The notes beneath the pieces were generated by a model, which had not been told where the DNA came from, made no database searches, and saw only the letters and a program-made list of their open reading frames with translations. Both the position numbers and the translations under genes were made by a program. From positions 27,504 to 91,503 of the forward strand of contig CBDBGD010000001.1 in assembly GCA_965205235.1 (NCBI GenBank): a stretch of DNA of 64,000 nucleotides, read 5' to 3'. Below are positions 56,442 to 64,000 of the stretch, piece after piece; the stretch's first letter is position 1; each line of letters begins with the position of its first letter. Origin of the DNA: Dehalococcoidia bacterium (lineage in GTDB: Bacteria > Chloroflexota > Dehalococcoidia > Lucifugimonadales > UBA1127).

Positions 56442-57192
56442 CCTCCTCCACGTCCAGGCGCCTCCGCCTCCCGGACGGCAGGGTCGCTGCCTCGTCGTCC
56501 CCCTGGGACGCGTCGACTACCTGGCCGCGTGGGACCTGCAGAAGGAGTTGGTCCAGCGTCGCGCCCAGGGCGAGATTCCCGACCTGCTCGTGCTCCTCGA
56601 ACACCCGCACGTCTACACCATCGGACGGCGTGGGAGCCGTGGCGACGTCCTGACATCGGCCGAGGAGCTGGAACGCCTGGGCATCCCCGTCTACGAGGTC
56701 GACCGCGGCGGCGAGGTCACCTACCACGGCCCCGGCCAGCTGGTCGGATACCCGATCATCGGCCTGCGCGGCCTGGGGCCCCTGCGCTACGTGCGCGCCT
56801 TGGAGTCGGCGCTCATCGACGCGCTGGGCGAGTACGGTCTGCCGGCGTACGCCGTGCCGGGACGCACCGGCGTGTGGGTGGGGGAGCAGGGGGAGGAGCG
56901 GAAGATCGCCGCCATTGGGCTGCGGGTCAGCCGGGGCGTGGCCAGCCACGGCTTCGCACTCAACGTCAGCACCGACCTGCGCTACTTCGACGGCATCGTA
57001 CCCTGCGGCGTCGACGATCGGCAGGCGACGTCCATGGAACGGGAGACGGGGAATCGGGTTGACATAACAGGCGTCCAGGGTGTGGTCGCCCGAGCCTTCG
57101 CGGAGCGCCTGGGCCTCGTCATCGAGGAGGGTCCGCAGGCGCTTTCGGAGCTACGCGCGTTGTTGGCCGTCGGCGCTGTCTCGACGTCGTAG
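56431..57192 (+). CDS. lipB: Lipoyl(octanoyl) transferase LipB
   Basis: 'LLVLEHPHVYTIGRRG', 'VDRGGEVTYHGPGQLVGYPI', 'KIAAIGLRVSRGVASHGFALNV'. The TTG start overlaps the E2 stop; the exact start is uncertain. Confidence 0.85.
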   Translation: MSTSLLHVQAPPPPGRQGRCLVVPLGRVDYLAAWDLQKELVQRRAQGEIPDLLVLLEHPHVYTIGRRGSRGDVLTSAEELERLGIPVYEVDRGGEVTYHGPGQLVGYPIIGLRGLGPLRYVRALESALIDALGEYGLPAYAVPGRTGVWVGEQGEERKIAAIGLRVSRGVASHGFALNVSTDLRYFDGIVPCGVDDRQATSMERETGNRVDITGVQGVVARAFAERLGLVIEEGPQALSELRALLAVGAVSTS

Positions 57193-57201
57193 CGCGATCG
57201 G

Positions 57202-58215
57202 CTAACCCGTGGGAACGTCGATGGGTTCCAGCGGCTCCAGTACCGAGAAGCGAAGGGTGTCGGCCAGCCTCTGCCAGACGCGAATACTCATCCGCTGCGT
57301 TTCGAACTGACGCCACAGCTCGGGCGCCCAGTCCACGGCGCTATCGAGCTGGTCCATCGCCTCATCGATCTCGGCCTCCGCAGCGAGGAGCCAGGTCTTC
57401 CAGCGTTGTGCCTGCTCCGAGCTGGGGTCACCCTCCAGGGGCGCCCACTCCTCCAGGATTCGGAACAGGTTGGCCGCTGCCCGGGACTCTGCGGCCTGGG
57501 CCGTGACCATGTGAGCGGTCGCCTCCGCATGGCGGCGGGTCCGTGCAAAGCTCTCCCGGCTCTCCTCGGGGACCAGGGCGGACAGCTCCTCGCTCTTGGT
57601 CACCACCTCTTTCGCCTGGCCTTCGGCCTCGTCGTAGACCAGGGCCGCATTGGCGAAGAAGGCCACGCTGTTGCCCCAGTTCTGGTTCTCCGCGGCAATG
57701 GTCCCGCGCTCCACCAGCAGGGCGCCGTCGGCCAGCGCCGGGCTTATCTTCTCGTCCAGAATGCTCAGTATCTCGGCCTGAAGCCCTATGGCGGATTCCA
57801 GGTCGCCGCGCCCGTCCATCAGCTGGGCAACCTGGCCCTCCAGGTCTCCGACTCTACTCTGGGCTACGGTCAGAAGGCTATCTCTTTCGATGAGGTCTGA
57901 TCGGAGGGTGCGGACGTTGGTCTCGGCCTCCTCCAACTGCGGACGAAGCGTGGCAAGTGCCGCCTCCCGGTCTACAAGGTCGCGCTCGAGGCGTCCCTGC
58001 TCCGTCTGCTGTGACTGCACCTGGCGGCGAAGCTCGTCCAGTTGGCTGCTCTGTGATGCGACCCGGTCGCGGGTACTCTCCAGCAGGTCCGCCCGCTCGT
58101 CGGCGGTGCCCTGCAGGGAGTTGATTTCGGGCTGGAACACCAGGTAACCTGCACCGTAGCCCAGACCAACGGCCAAGAGGATCGCCAGTGCCGTTACGGT
58201 CACCCACCATTTCAT
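57202..58215 (-). CDS. Membrane-anchored coiled-coil protein, function unknown
   Basis: Single N-terminal TM 'WWVTVTALAILLAVGLGYGAGYLV' followed by ~150 aa of heptad-like Glu/Leu/Arg/Gln sequence. Confidence 0.55.
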   Translation of the reverse strand: MKWWVTVTALAILLAVGLGYGAGYLVFQPEINSLQGTADERADLLESTRDRVASQSSQLDELRRQVQSQQTEQGRLERDLVDREAALATLRPQLEEAETNVRTLRSDLIERDSLLTVAQSRVGDLEGQVAQLMDGRGDLESAIGLQAEILSILDEKISPALADGALLVERGTIAAENQNWGNSVAFFANAALVYDEAEGQAKEVVTKSEELSALVPEESRESFARTRRHAEATAHMVTAQAAESRAAANLFRILEEWAPLEGDPSSEQAQRWKTWLLAAEAEIDEAMDQLDSAVDWAPELWRQFETQRMSIRVWQRLADTLRFSVLEPLEPIDVPTG

Positions 58216-58385
58216 CAGGCGTTCACCTCTCGTGCTGGAGTCCCACTAGACTATACGTGCTTTGGGGCCCCACGGGTCTCAGTCCATTGTAGCATCCAGC
58301 GCACCGGTACGGGTGAGCGCGCCCTTGCATTCCCAATATCCGCGGGGTATCTTCCCCCTGTTCAGTCACGGCTGAGAGAGAGTGC

Positions 58386-59417
58386 ATGGAGTCTCTGGTC
58401 AAGCTGGAGGAGGTCCGGGTCCACTTTGCGGTGCGGAAGATGCTGTTCCGCTCCGCGACCGTTGCCGCCGTCGAGGACGTATCGCTCGACATCAGGCCCG
58501 GCGAGACGCTGGCCCTGGTGGGCGAGTCCGGCAGCGGCAAAACCACGCTGGGGAGAGCGGCCCTGCGACTGCTGCCGGTGACCGGCGGCCGAGTCCTCTT
58601 TGACGGTCAGGACATCACACACGCGCCCGAATCGCGCCTGAAGTGGTTCCGGCGGCGCGCCCAGGCCGTCTTCCAGGACCCCTACTCCAGCATCGACCCC
58701 TTCATGAGCGTCTACCAGGTCCTGGAGGAGCCCATGGTCATCCATGGCGAATCCGACCGGAGGGACAGGATCGAAAGCGCCCTCCGGGACGTCCGACTCA
58801 CACCGCCGGAGGAGTACGCGCCCAAGTACCCCCACATGCTCTCCGGCGGCCAGAGGCAGCGGGTGGGCATCGCTCGCGCGTTGATGCTCCGACCCCAGTT
58901 CATCGTCGCCGACGAGCCCGTCTCCATGATCGACGCATCGAGTCGAGCGGAGATCCTGTTGCTGCTTCGGGACTTGCAGCAGCAGTACGGCATGGCCTTC
59001 CTCTACGTCACGCACGACATTGCCACCGTACGGTATTTTGCCCATCGCCTGGCCGTCATGTACCTAGGTGTGGTGGTGGAGGTTGGGACCCCCGCCGAGG
59101 TCATCGACAACCCCTTCCATCCGTACACGCAGGCACTCATAGCCGCCGTTCCCGCGCCGGACCCGGCCAACCGCCTCCGTGAGCGTGACGTGGTGCCCGG
59201 CGAGCCGCCCAGCCCCGCCAACGCGCCCACGGGGTGCCGGTTCCATCCCCGCTGCCCCCACGCAATGCCCGGACTCTGCGACGTGGTGGCGCCCCCGTTG
59301 CTGGAGGAGCAGCCACAGCACGGCGTCGCATGTCACCTGTACACGCCCCAGGGCCGAAGCTGGACCTCTACCAAGGGGACGCAGCGGGCGCCTACCCCAG
59401 ACCGAGGTGCACAGTGA
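58386..59417 (+). CDS. ABC transporter ATP-binding protein, oligopeptide/dipeptide (OppF/DppF) type; orphan
   Basis: Walker A 'GESGSGKTT', signature 'LSGGQRQRVGIARAL', Walker B 'IVADEPVSMID', and the C-terminal oligopeptide-type extension 'PTGCRFHPRCPHAM'. Confidence 0.85.
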   Translation: MESLVKLEEVRVHFAVRKMLFRSATVAAVEDVSLDIRPGETLALVGESGSGKTTLGRAALRLLPVTGGRVLFDGQDITHAPESRLKWFRRRAQAVFQDPYSSIDPFMSVYQVLEEPMVIHGESDRRDRIESALRDVRLTPPEEYAPKYPHMLSGGQRQRVGIARALMLRPQFIVADEPVSMIDASSRAEILLLLRDLQQQYGMAFLYVTHDIATVRYFAHRLAVMYLGVVVEVGTPAEVIDNPFHPYTQALIAAVPAPDPANRLRERDVVPGEPPSPANAPTGCRFHPRCPHAMPGLCDVVAPPLLEEQPQHGVACHLYTPQGRSWTSTKGTQRAPTPDRGAQ

Positions 59418-59926
59418 ACCTGGAGAAGCACATCGCAGAGGTGCCCGACTTTCCCCAGAAGGGCATCGCCTTCAAGGACATAACGCCGCTCCTCCGAGAC
59501 CGCCACGCCTTCTCCCTAGCAGTGCACGCACTGAAGGACCGCTGCGCCGACTTGGACGTGGATGCCGTCGTCGGCATCGAGGCGCGCGGGTACCTTCTCG
59601 GCGCGCCGCTGGCCCTGCTGTGGGGCGTCGGCTTCGTCCCGGTGCGCAAGGTCGGCAAGCTGCCCAGGGAGACGTACCAGGCCGACTACGAGCTGGAGTA
59701 CGGCCTGAGCACGATCGAGATGCATCGGGACGGCCTGCAGGCCGGGGAGCGGGCCCTCATCATCGACGACGTGCTGGCGACGGGCGGGACGATGGAAGGC
59801 ACGATCCGCCTGGTGGAGCAGTCCGGGGCGACCGTGGCAGGCCTGGGCGTGCTCCTGGAGCTGGCCGCCCTGAGAGGCCGGGACCGCCTAGAGGGCTATC
59901 GGCTGGAGTCACTCCTGGTCGTGTAG
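59414..59926 (+). CDS. apt: Adenine phosphoribosyltransferase
   Basis: GTG 59414 overlaps the upstream stop (GTGA). 'DFPQKGIAFKDITPLL', 'ALIIDDVLATGGT' PRPP loop. Confidence 0.9.
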   Translation: MNLEKHIAEVPDFPQKGIAFKDITPLLRDRHAFSLAVHALKDRCADLDVDAVVGIEARGYLLGAPLALLWGVGFVPVRKVGKLPRETYQADYELEYGLSTIEMHRDGLQAGERALIIDDVLATGGTMEGTIRLVEQSGATVAGLGVLLELAALRGRDRLEGYRLESLLVV

Positions 59927-59975
59927 AGGACCGCAGTCCAGGCCTCGATCCGGCCCCCCAAAGGAGGAGCGAGAC

Positions 59976-60704
59976 GTGACCGCACGGGACAGCGTCCGCT
60001 TCGAGGACACCACCATCGAGTACGAGGTGCGTCGCTCGTGGCGACGCAGGAAGACGGTCCAGATCACGGTGGACGGCAGCGGCGTGGTTGTTGCTGCGCC
60101 CGCCAGGACGCCGTACCGGGAGCTGCGGGACATTGTTCGGAAGCGAGCGCGCTGGATCCTCCGCCACGCAGCGGAGGCGATGCTCGAGCCCGCACCGTTG
60201 CGCTTCGTCAGCGGGGAAACCCTCCCCTACCTGGGCCGAAACCTCCGCATGGCCGTGACCTCTGCCGACGTTCCCCAGCCTGAGGTCCGCTTTGACCACT
60301 GGCGCTTCCGCGTCGCCGCGCCTCACAGCATGGACGACAATGGTCGCCACGAAGCAATCCGCCGCGCCTTTGTGCGATGGTACTGGGCTCGCGCCGCCGA
60401 GCGTTTGGAGGCCGGTGTCGAGCGTTGGTGGCCCAGGCTCGGTCGGGGAGCGAGGTCGCGGGTGCTGGTGCGCGATCAGCGTCGGCGCTGGGGCAGCTGC
60501 TCCTTCGACGGCACGCTGCGCTTCAACTGGCGGGTGATGATGCTGGCGCCGGACCTCATCGACTACATCGTCGCCCACGAGCTCGCCCATCTGACGCGCC
60601 GGGACCATTCGGTCGACTTCTGGGCGTTGCTGTCCAGGGAGATTCCCGACGTACAGGAGCGTCGAAAGCGCCTTCGGGAGGCTGGGCGAAGGCTTCCCCT
60701 CTGA
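59976..60704 (+). CDS. M48/YgjP-like (DUF45) metallopeptidase-fold protein
   Basis: 'RRWGSCSFDGTLRFNWRVMMLAPDLIDYIVAHELAHLTRRDHSVDFW' signature. Confidence 0.8.
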   Translation: MTARDSVRFEDTTIEYEVRRSWRRRKTVQITVDGSGVVVAAPARTPYRELRDIVRKRARWILRHAAEAMLEPAPLRFVSGETLPYLGRNLRMAVTSADVPQPEVRFDHWRFRVAAPHSMDDNGRHEAIRRAFVRWYWARAAERLEAGVERWWPRLGRGARSRVLVRDQRRRWGSCSFDGTLRFNWRVMMLAPDLIDYIVAHELAHLTRRDHSVDFWALLSREIPDVQERRKRLREAGRRLPL

Positions 60705-60712
60705 CGCCGGTG

Positions 60713-61063
60713 CTAGCGGCTCTGACCTTCGACAGCGGCCATTGCCGCGGCAACGTCCGCCTCGATGGGGATGATCTGGTCGAAGCCGATCATATCGAAG
60801 ACCTGACGGATATACGGCTTGAGAGAGCACACGTGAAGGGACCGCTTCCTGCTCTTGAGGTGCCGCCACAAACGCAGAAAGGCACGGAGGCCCGCGGAGC
60901 TGACATAGGTCACTTCAGAGGCGTCTAGGATGACGTCGCGGTCGCCGTCCGCCAGGGCGCGTCTGACCTCAAGCTCGAACAGGTCGGCGCTGAGTACGTT
61001 GATACGTCCGCGAGCCTGCAGAAGAAGCACGGCTCCGTTGGACGCCACAACATCAATCATCAT
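60713..61063 (-). CDS. STAS-domain protein (anti-sigma-factor antagonist-like)
   Basis: 'VILDASEVTYVSSAGLRAFL' with the conserved Ser, and 'LKPYIRQVFDMIGFDQIIPI'. Confidence 0.75.
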   Translation of the reverse strand: MMIDVVASNGAVLLLQARGRINVLSADLFELEVRRALADGDRDVILDASEVTYVSSAGLRAFLRLWRHLKSRKRSLHVCSLKPYIRQVFDMIGFDQIIPIEADVAAAMAAVEGQSR

Positions 61064-61335
61064 GGTGCGCTTCTCACCAAAGGCATCTGGCTTCCCCTCA
61101 CGTTCAAGACTATACCAGCGCGCGCTGGTTTAGCCAACGGCCTTTAGCGTCATTGCAGAGGATGCTCTACTTCCAGGGGCCTCCCGCTGCGCCGGCGGCC
61201 GGTCTTTCCCGGAAAAGCGCCATTTGAACGATGGTGTATACTTGCCGAACGACGCCGGCTTTCGACAATCCGGGCGCGCTCTCCACCTGTCTGAGACTGC
61301 CATACCGAGTCCCTTGCTGAGGAGGACGTTGAAGC

Positions 61336-62982
61336 TTGGAAATCGATGAGGCCCTCTTTGCCATCGGTCTCCTCATTGTCGGCGCCAAGCTGCTGGAAGG
61401 CGTATTCAAGCGCTTTGGCCTGAACGCGATCATCGCCTACGCCACCGCCGGGGTCATCCTCGGCCCTGTAACCGGCTTGGTGGAGGCAGCTTCCGAGGTC
61501 GAGATCATCCTGGGCATCGGCATCTTCATGTTCTTCTTCCTCATCGGCCTGGAGGAGTTGGACATACGAGGATTCCTTGCGGCCATACGCGGCCGCCTTT
61601 TCCTTGCCTCCGTTCTCTCCGTGACCATATCCCTGTTGGTGTCCCTGGCCGTTACCACGGACGTCTTCTTTGACCTGGGCCTGGGCCTGAACTTCACCCA
61701 GGCCCTGGGACTTGCCGGCGTGCTCTCGCTGTCCAGCCTTGGCTTGGTTGCCAAGGTGCTCATTGACGAAGGGCGTCTGAGGGAGCCCGTGGGAGTCCAG
61801 ATATTCACCGCGGTCGTCATCGCCGAGCTGATCGCTCTCTTCGTGGTGGGGTTTGCCATAAGCGAGCACTTCTCCTCCGGCGAAGAGGGCCACGCCCCGG
61901 ACGTGGTCAGCGTGTTGACGCTCATCGGACAGATCCTCGGCTTCACGTTGATCACGTGGCTCGTTTCGACCAAGGTGCTTCCAAGGCTCATTGTGCTCCT
62001 GCACCGCTTTCTGCGGGTGCCGCAGCTCTCGTTCGGTGTGCTGCTGGGCGGACTCTTCCTCGTGGTCGTAGGCGCCGAACGGGCGGGGCTTCACGGCTCC
62101 CTGGGGGCGCTGCTCTTCGGCGCCGCGCTTTCCACGCTCCCCTACCAGGTCCGACGCGACATCATGCCCGGCATGAGGGGCGCCGCCGAGGGCTTCTTTG
62201 TCCCTCTGTTCTTCGCATCGGCGGGCCTGCATCTGAGCCTGGAGTTCCTGGACCTGCCCCCAGGCACGATACTTGCGCTGGTCCTGGTGCCTCTGGCCGG
62301 CAAGTTCCTCGCAGCGTTCCTGAGCGCCTACATCACCCGGCTTGAGGCCCCCATCGCCATAGCGGCGGGGTTGATGGCCAAGGGCGTGGCGGAGATTGCG
62401 CTGCTGCTGGTGCTATTCCACACCCACGCCATCGACACGGGCGTGTTCTCCCTGCTGGTGCTCATCATGTTCGGCTACATCCTGTTCACGCCCATGGGCA
62501 TCAACCTTGCGCTCAGAAGGCTGAAGCACTCGGAGGAGCTTATCGCTCAGGAAGACGTGCCCCCATCCCTGGTCCGCTTTGCGCTGGACGGGATCAGGCT
62601 GCGGGACGTGCTGGACCGGTCACGACGCCATCCCGAACAGTCGCTGACAGTGAAGGCCTTCACCGAGAACTGGCTGCTCCCTGAACAGCACGACTATGTG
62701 GTCGTCGACCATGGCGGCCTGGCGGGCATAGTGTCGATAGGGATGCTCCGCTACCTGCCTCGCGGCCAGTGGGAGCACACCACTTTGGCTGTAGTGCTCC
62801 GCCACAACACGCCCCATGCCTACTCGGACGAGTTGGTCGAGGATGCGTTGCAGCGCATGACCGAGAATTCGCTCACGGTGCTGCCTGTCGAGGACAGAGA
62901 CACGGGGAGCTTCGTCGGCTCCATTTCCAGCCACGAAGTCCTGGGGCTGATCGTCTCGACGGCACGCGGGCACGAGGTCTAG
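61336..62982 (+). CDS. Cation:proton antiporter (CPA-type) fused to a C-terminal CBS pair
   Basis: About 12 TM segments ('AYATAGVILGP', 'FFFLIGLEE'). The C-terminal ~140 aa have the CBS pattern ('YVVVDHGGLAGIVS', 'LTVLPVEDRDTGSFVGSISSHEVL'). TTG start. Confidence 0.8.
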   Translation: MEIDEALFAIGLLIVGAKLLEGVFKRFGLNAIIAYATAGVILGPVTGLVEAASEVEIILGIGIFMFFFLIGLEELDIRGFLAAIRGRLFLASVLSVTISLLVSLAVTTDVFFDLGLGLNFTQALGLAGVLSLSSLGLVAKVLIDEGRLREPVGVQIFTAVVIAELIALFVVGFAISEHFSSGEEGHAPDVVSVLTLIGQILGFTLITWLVSTKVLPRLIVLLHRFLRVPQLSFGVLLGGLFLVVVGAERAGLHGSLGALLFGAALSTLPYQVRRDIMPGMRGAAEGFFVPLFFASAGLHLSLEFLDLPPGTILALVLVPLAGKFLAAFLSAYITRLEAPIAIAAGLMAKGVAEIALLLVLFHTHAIDTGVFSLLVLIMFGYILFTPMGINLALRRLKHSEELIAQEDVPPSLVRFALDGIRLRDVLDRSRRHPEQSLTVKAFTENWLLPEQHDYVVVDHGGLAGIVSIGMLRYLPRGQWEHTTLAVVLRHNTPHAYSDELVEDALQRMTENSLTVLPVEDRDTGSFVGSISSHEVLGLIVSTARGHEV

Positions 62983-63081
62983 GCGCCGCGTTCGGCCGCG
63001 GGGCGAGCGATGCTCCTGCCATCCTCTTGACCGCGTAGACGCAGGTCGGACGGCCGTCAGGGCCTTGGAGTCGAGACGGCG

Positions 63082-64000
63082 CTACGGGGTGGGAGCGGGA
63101 CCGAGCACCTCGTAGCCCAGGTTGTCCTCGGTCCGCTCTGCGACGGGCAGGACCCGGACGACGACGTTGGACAGCCCAACCACGTCGCCATTCTCGTCGA
63201 AGCTGTAGTTGTCGCCGATAGCACCGCTCCACGTGAGACCGTACAGGCAGTCCCGGAAGCCGTCGGCGTCTTGGTCGTCGCCTGTCTCCTTCAAGCACTC
63301 GGCGGCGATGTACACGTCGTCGTAGGCGGAGCCCTGGAACCACGGCAGCGACGCAGGGACGCCGTAGCGCTCCCTGAACTTCGACAGGAACTCCACGCCC
63401 GCCGTGGTGGTCAGCTCAGGGTTGGGGATCACGGCCTTGAGTCCGGTGGCGGCCTCCCCGGCGATGCTCAGCGCCTCCGGGGCCGTCGGCACGATTTCCG
63501 AGTAGATCGGGCCGTCGTAGCCGAGCTCGCGGGCCTGCTTGATGATGGTGCCGCCGGAGGCTTCGCCCTGGGCGGCCAGGAGTAGAGCGTCGGGGCCTTG
63601 CTCGAACAGCTTTGTCAGCTGGGTCCGAAAGTCGAGGACCTCGGACGAAAAGCTCTCCGCCGCCACGACGGTCCCGCCCAGCTCCTCGAATCGGGCAACG
63701 GCGGTGCGGCGGGCGCCCTCGGCGTAGTCCGTCGACTCGGTGATGGTGGCGATGCTGCGCACACCGTCGGCCCACAGCGTGTTGCCGATGTCGATGCCAA
63801 GCTGCAGGTCGTTGATGGCGGTGCGGAAGATGTAGTCGCCCGCCGTGGCGATGTCGGGGCTGGTCGCGGAGGCGGACAGGAGAACGACACCGTCGGCCTC
63901 GGCCCTGGGCGCCGCGCCGAGCATGGCGCCGCTGCACGTGGCGCCGAGGATGATCTTGACGCCGTCAACGTCGGTCAGCTTGTTGTACGCGGTGATGGCG
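63082..64000 (-). CDS. ABC transporter substrate-binding protein, LivK/PBP1 family, paralog of 417-1568 (5' end beyond the window)
   Basis: Roughly two-thirds of residues are identical by eye to the first binding protein (e.g. 'GDYIFRT...LWADG....ATITE.TDYAEG.RR', 'GTIIKQARELGY.GPIY', 'DDQDADGFRDCLY..TWSGA.GD.YSFDE.G.VVGLS'). The frame stays open to 64000. Confidence 0.8.
   Translation of the reverse strand, partial: AITAYNKLTDVDGVKIILGATCSGAMLGAAPRAEADGVVLLSASATSPDIATAGDYIFRTAINDLQLGIDIGNTLWADGVRSIATITESTDYAEGARRTAVARFEELGGTVVAAESFSSEVLDFRTQLTKLFEQGPDALLLAAQGEASGGTIIKQARELGYDGPIYSEIVPTAPEALSIAGEAATGLKAVIPNPELTTTAGVEFLSKFRERYGVPASLPWFQGSAYDDVYIAAECLKETGDDQDADGFRDCLYGLTWSGAIGDNYSFDENGDVVGLSNVVVRVLPVAERTEDNLGYEVLGPAPTP

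Overview
By eye this is a GC-rich (roughly two-thirds G+C), densely coding bacterial chromosomal window. I call about 65 CDSs on both strands and 3 tRNAs: Met-CAU, Gly-UCC and His-GUG. Several families of short dispersed or tandem hairpin repeats fill the larger intergenic gaps. Composition, repeat style and gene content suggest a Chloroflexota-like organism, but that is a low-confidence inference. The housekeeping backbone includes recN, rplS, priA, selB, nfo, apt, lipB, a 2-oxoacid dehydrogenase E1alpha/E1beta/E2 operon, a phosphofructokinase and a NuoE/F/G-like flavoprotein module. It also includes peptidases, amidohydrolases and three orphan LivK-type binding proteins. My best candidate for an undescribed system is the tightly coupled cassette at 45.5-49.1 kb. 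It encodes a NurA-like nuclease, a 197-aa ORF resembling a free-standing HerA N-terminal barrel, and a HerA/DUF87 ATPase. The first gene starts in a GTGA overlap with the selB stop. Other notable items follow. (1) A tandem pair of thymidylate-kinase-like genes, the second with a P-loop Lys-to-Arg change. (2) A PriA carrying a triplicated 66-67-aa module. (3) A flexible region next to tRNA-His holding a BrnT/BrnA module, a plant-type LRR lipoprotein, a novel repeat lipoprotein that shares the same 5' promoter/signal-peptide module, and a duplicated amidohydrolase 3' fragment. (4) An EVE-domain/endonuclease IV operon. (5) A dual-specificity phosphatase/ADP-ribosylglycohydrolase pair. (6) A 253-bp composite repeat block flanked by 23-bp direct repeats. 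All functional calls rest on motif and family recognition by eye from the ORF translations. No database search was run.
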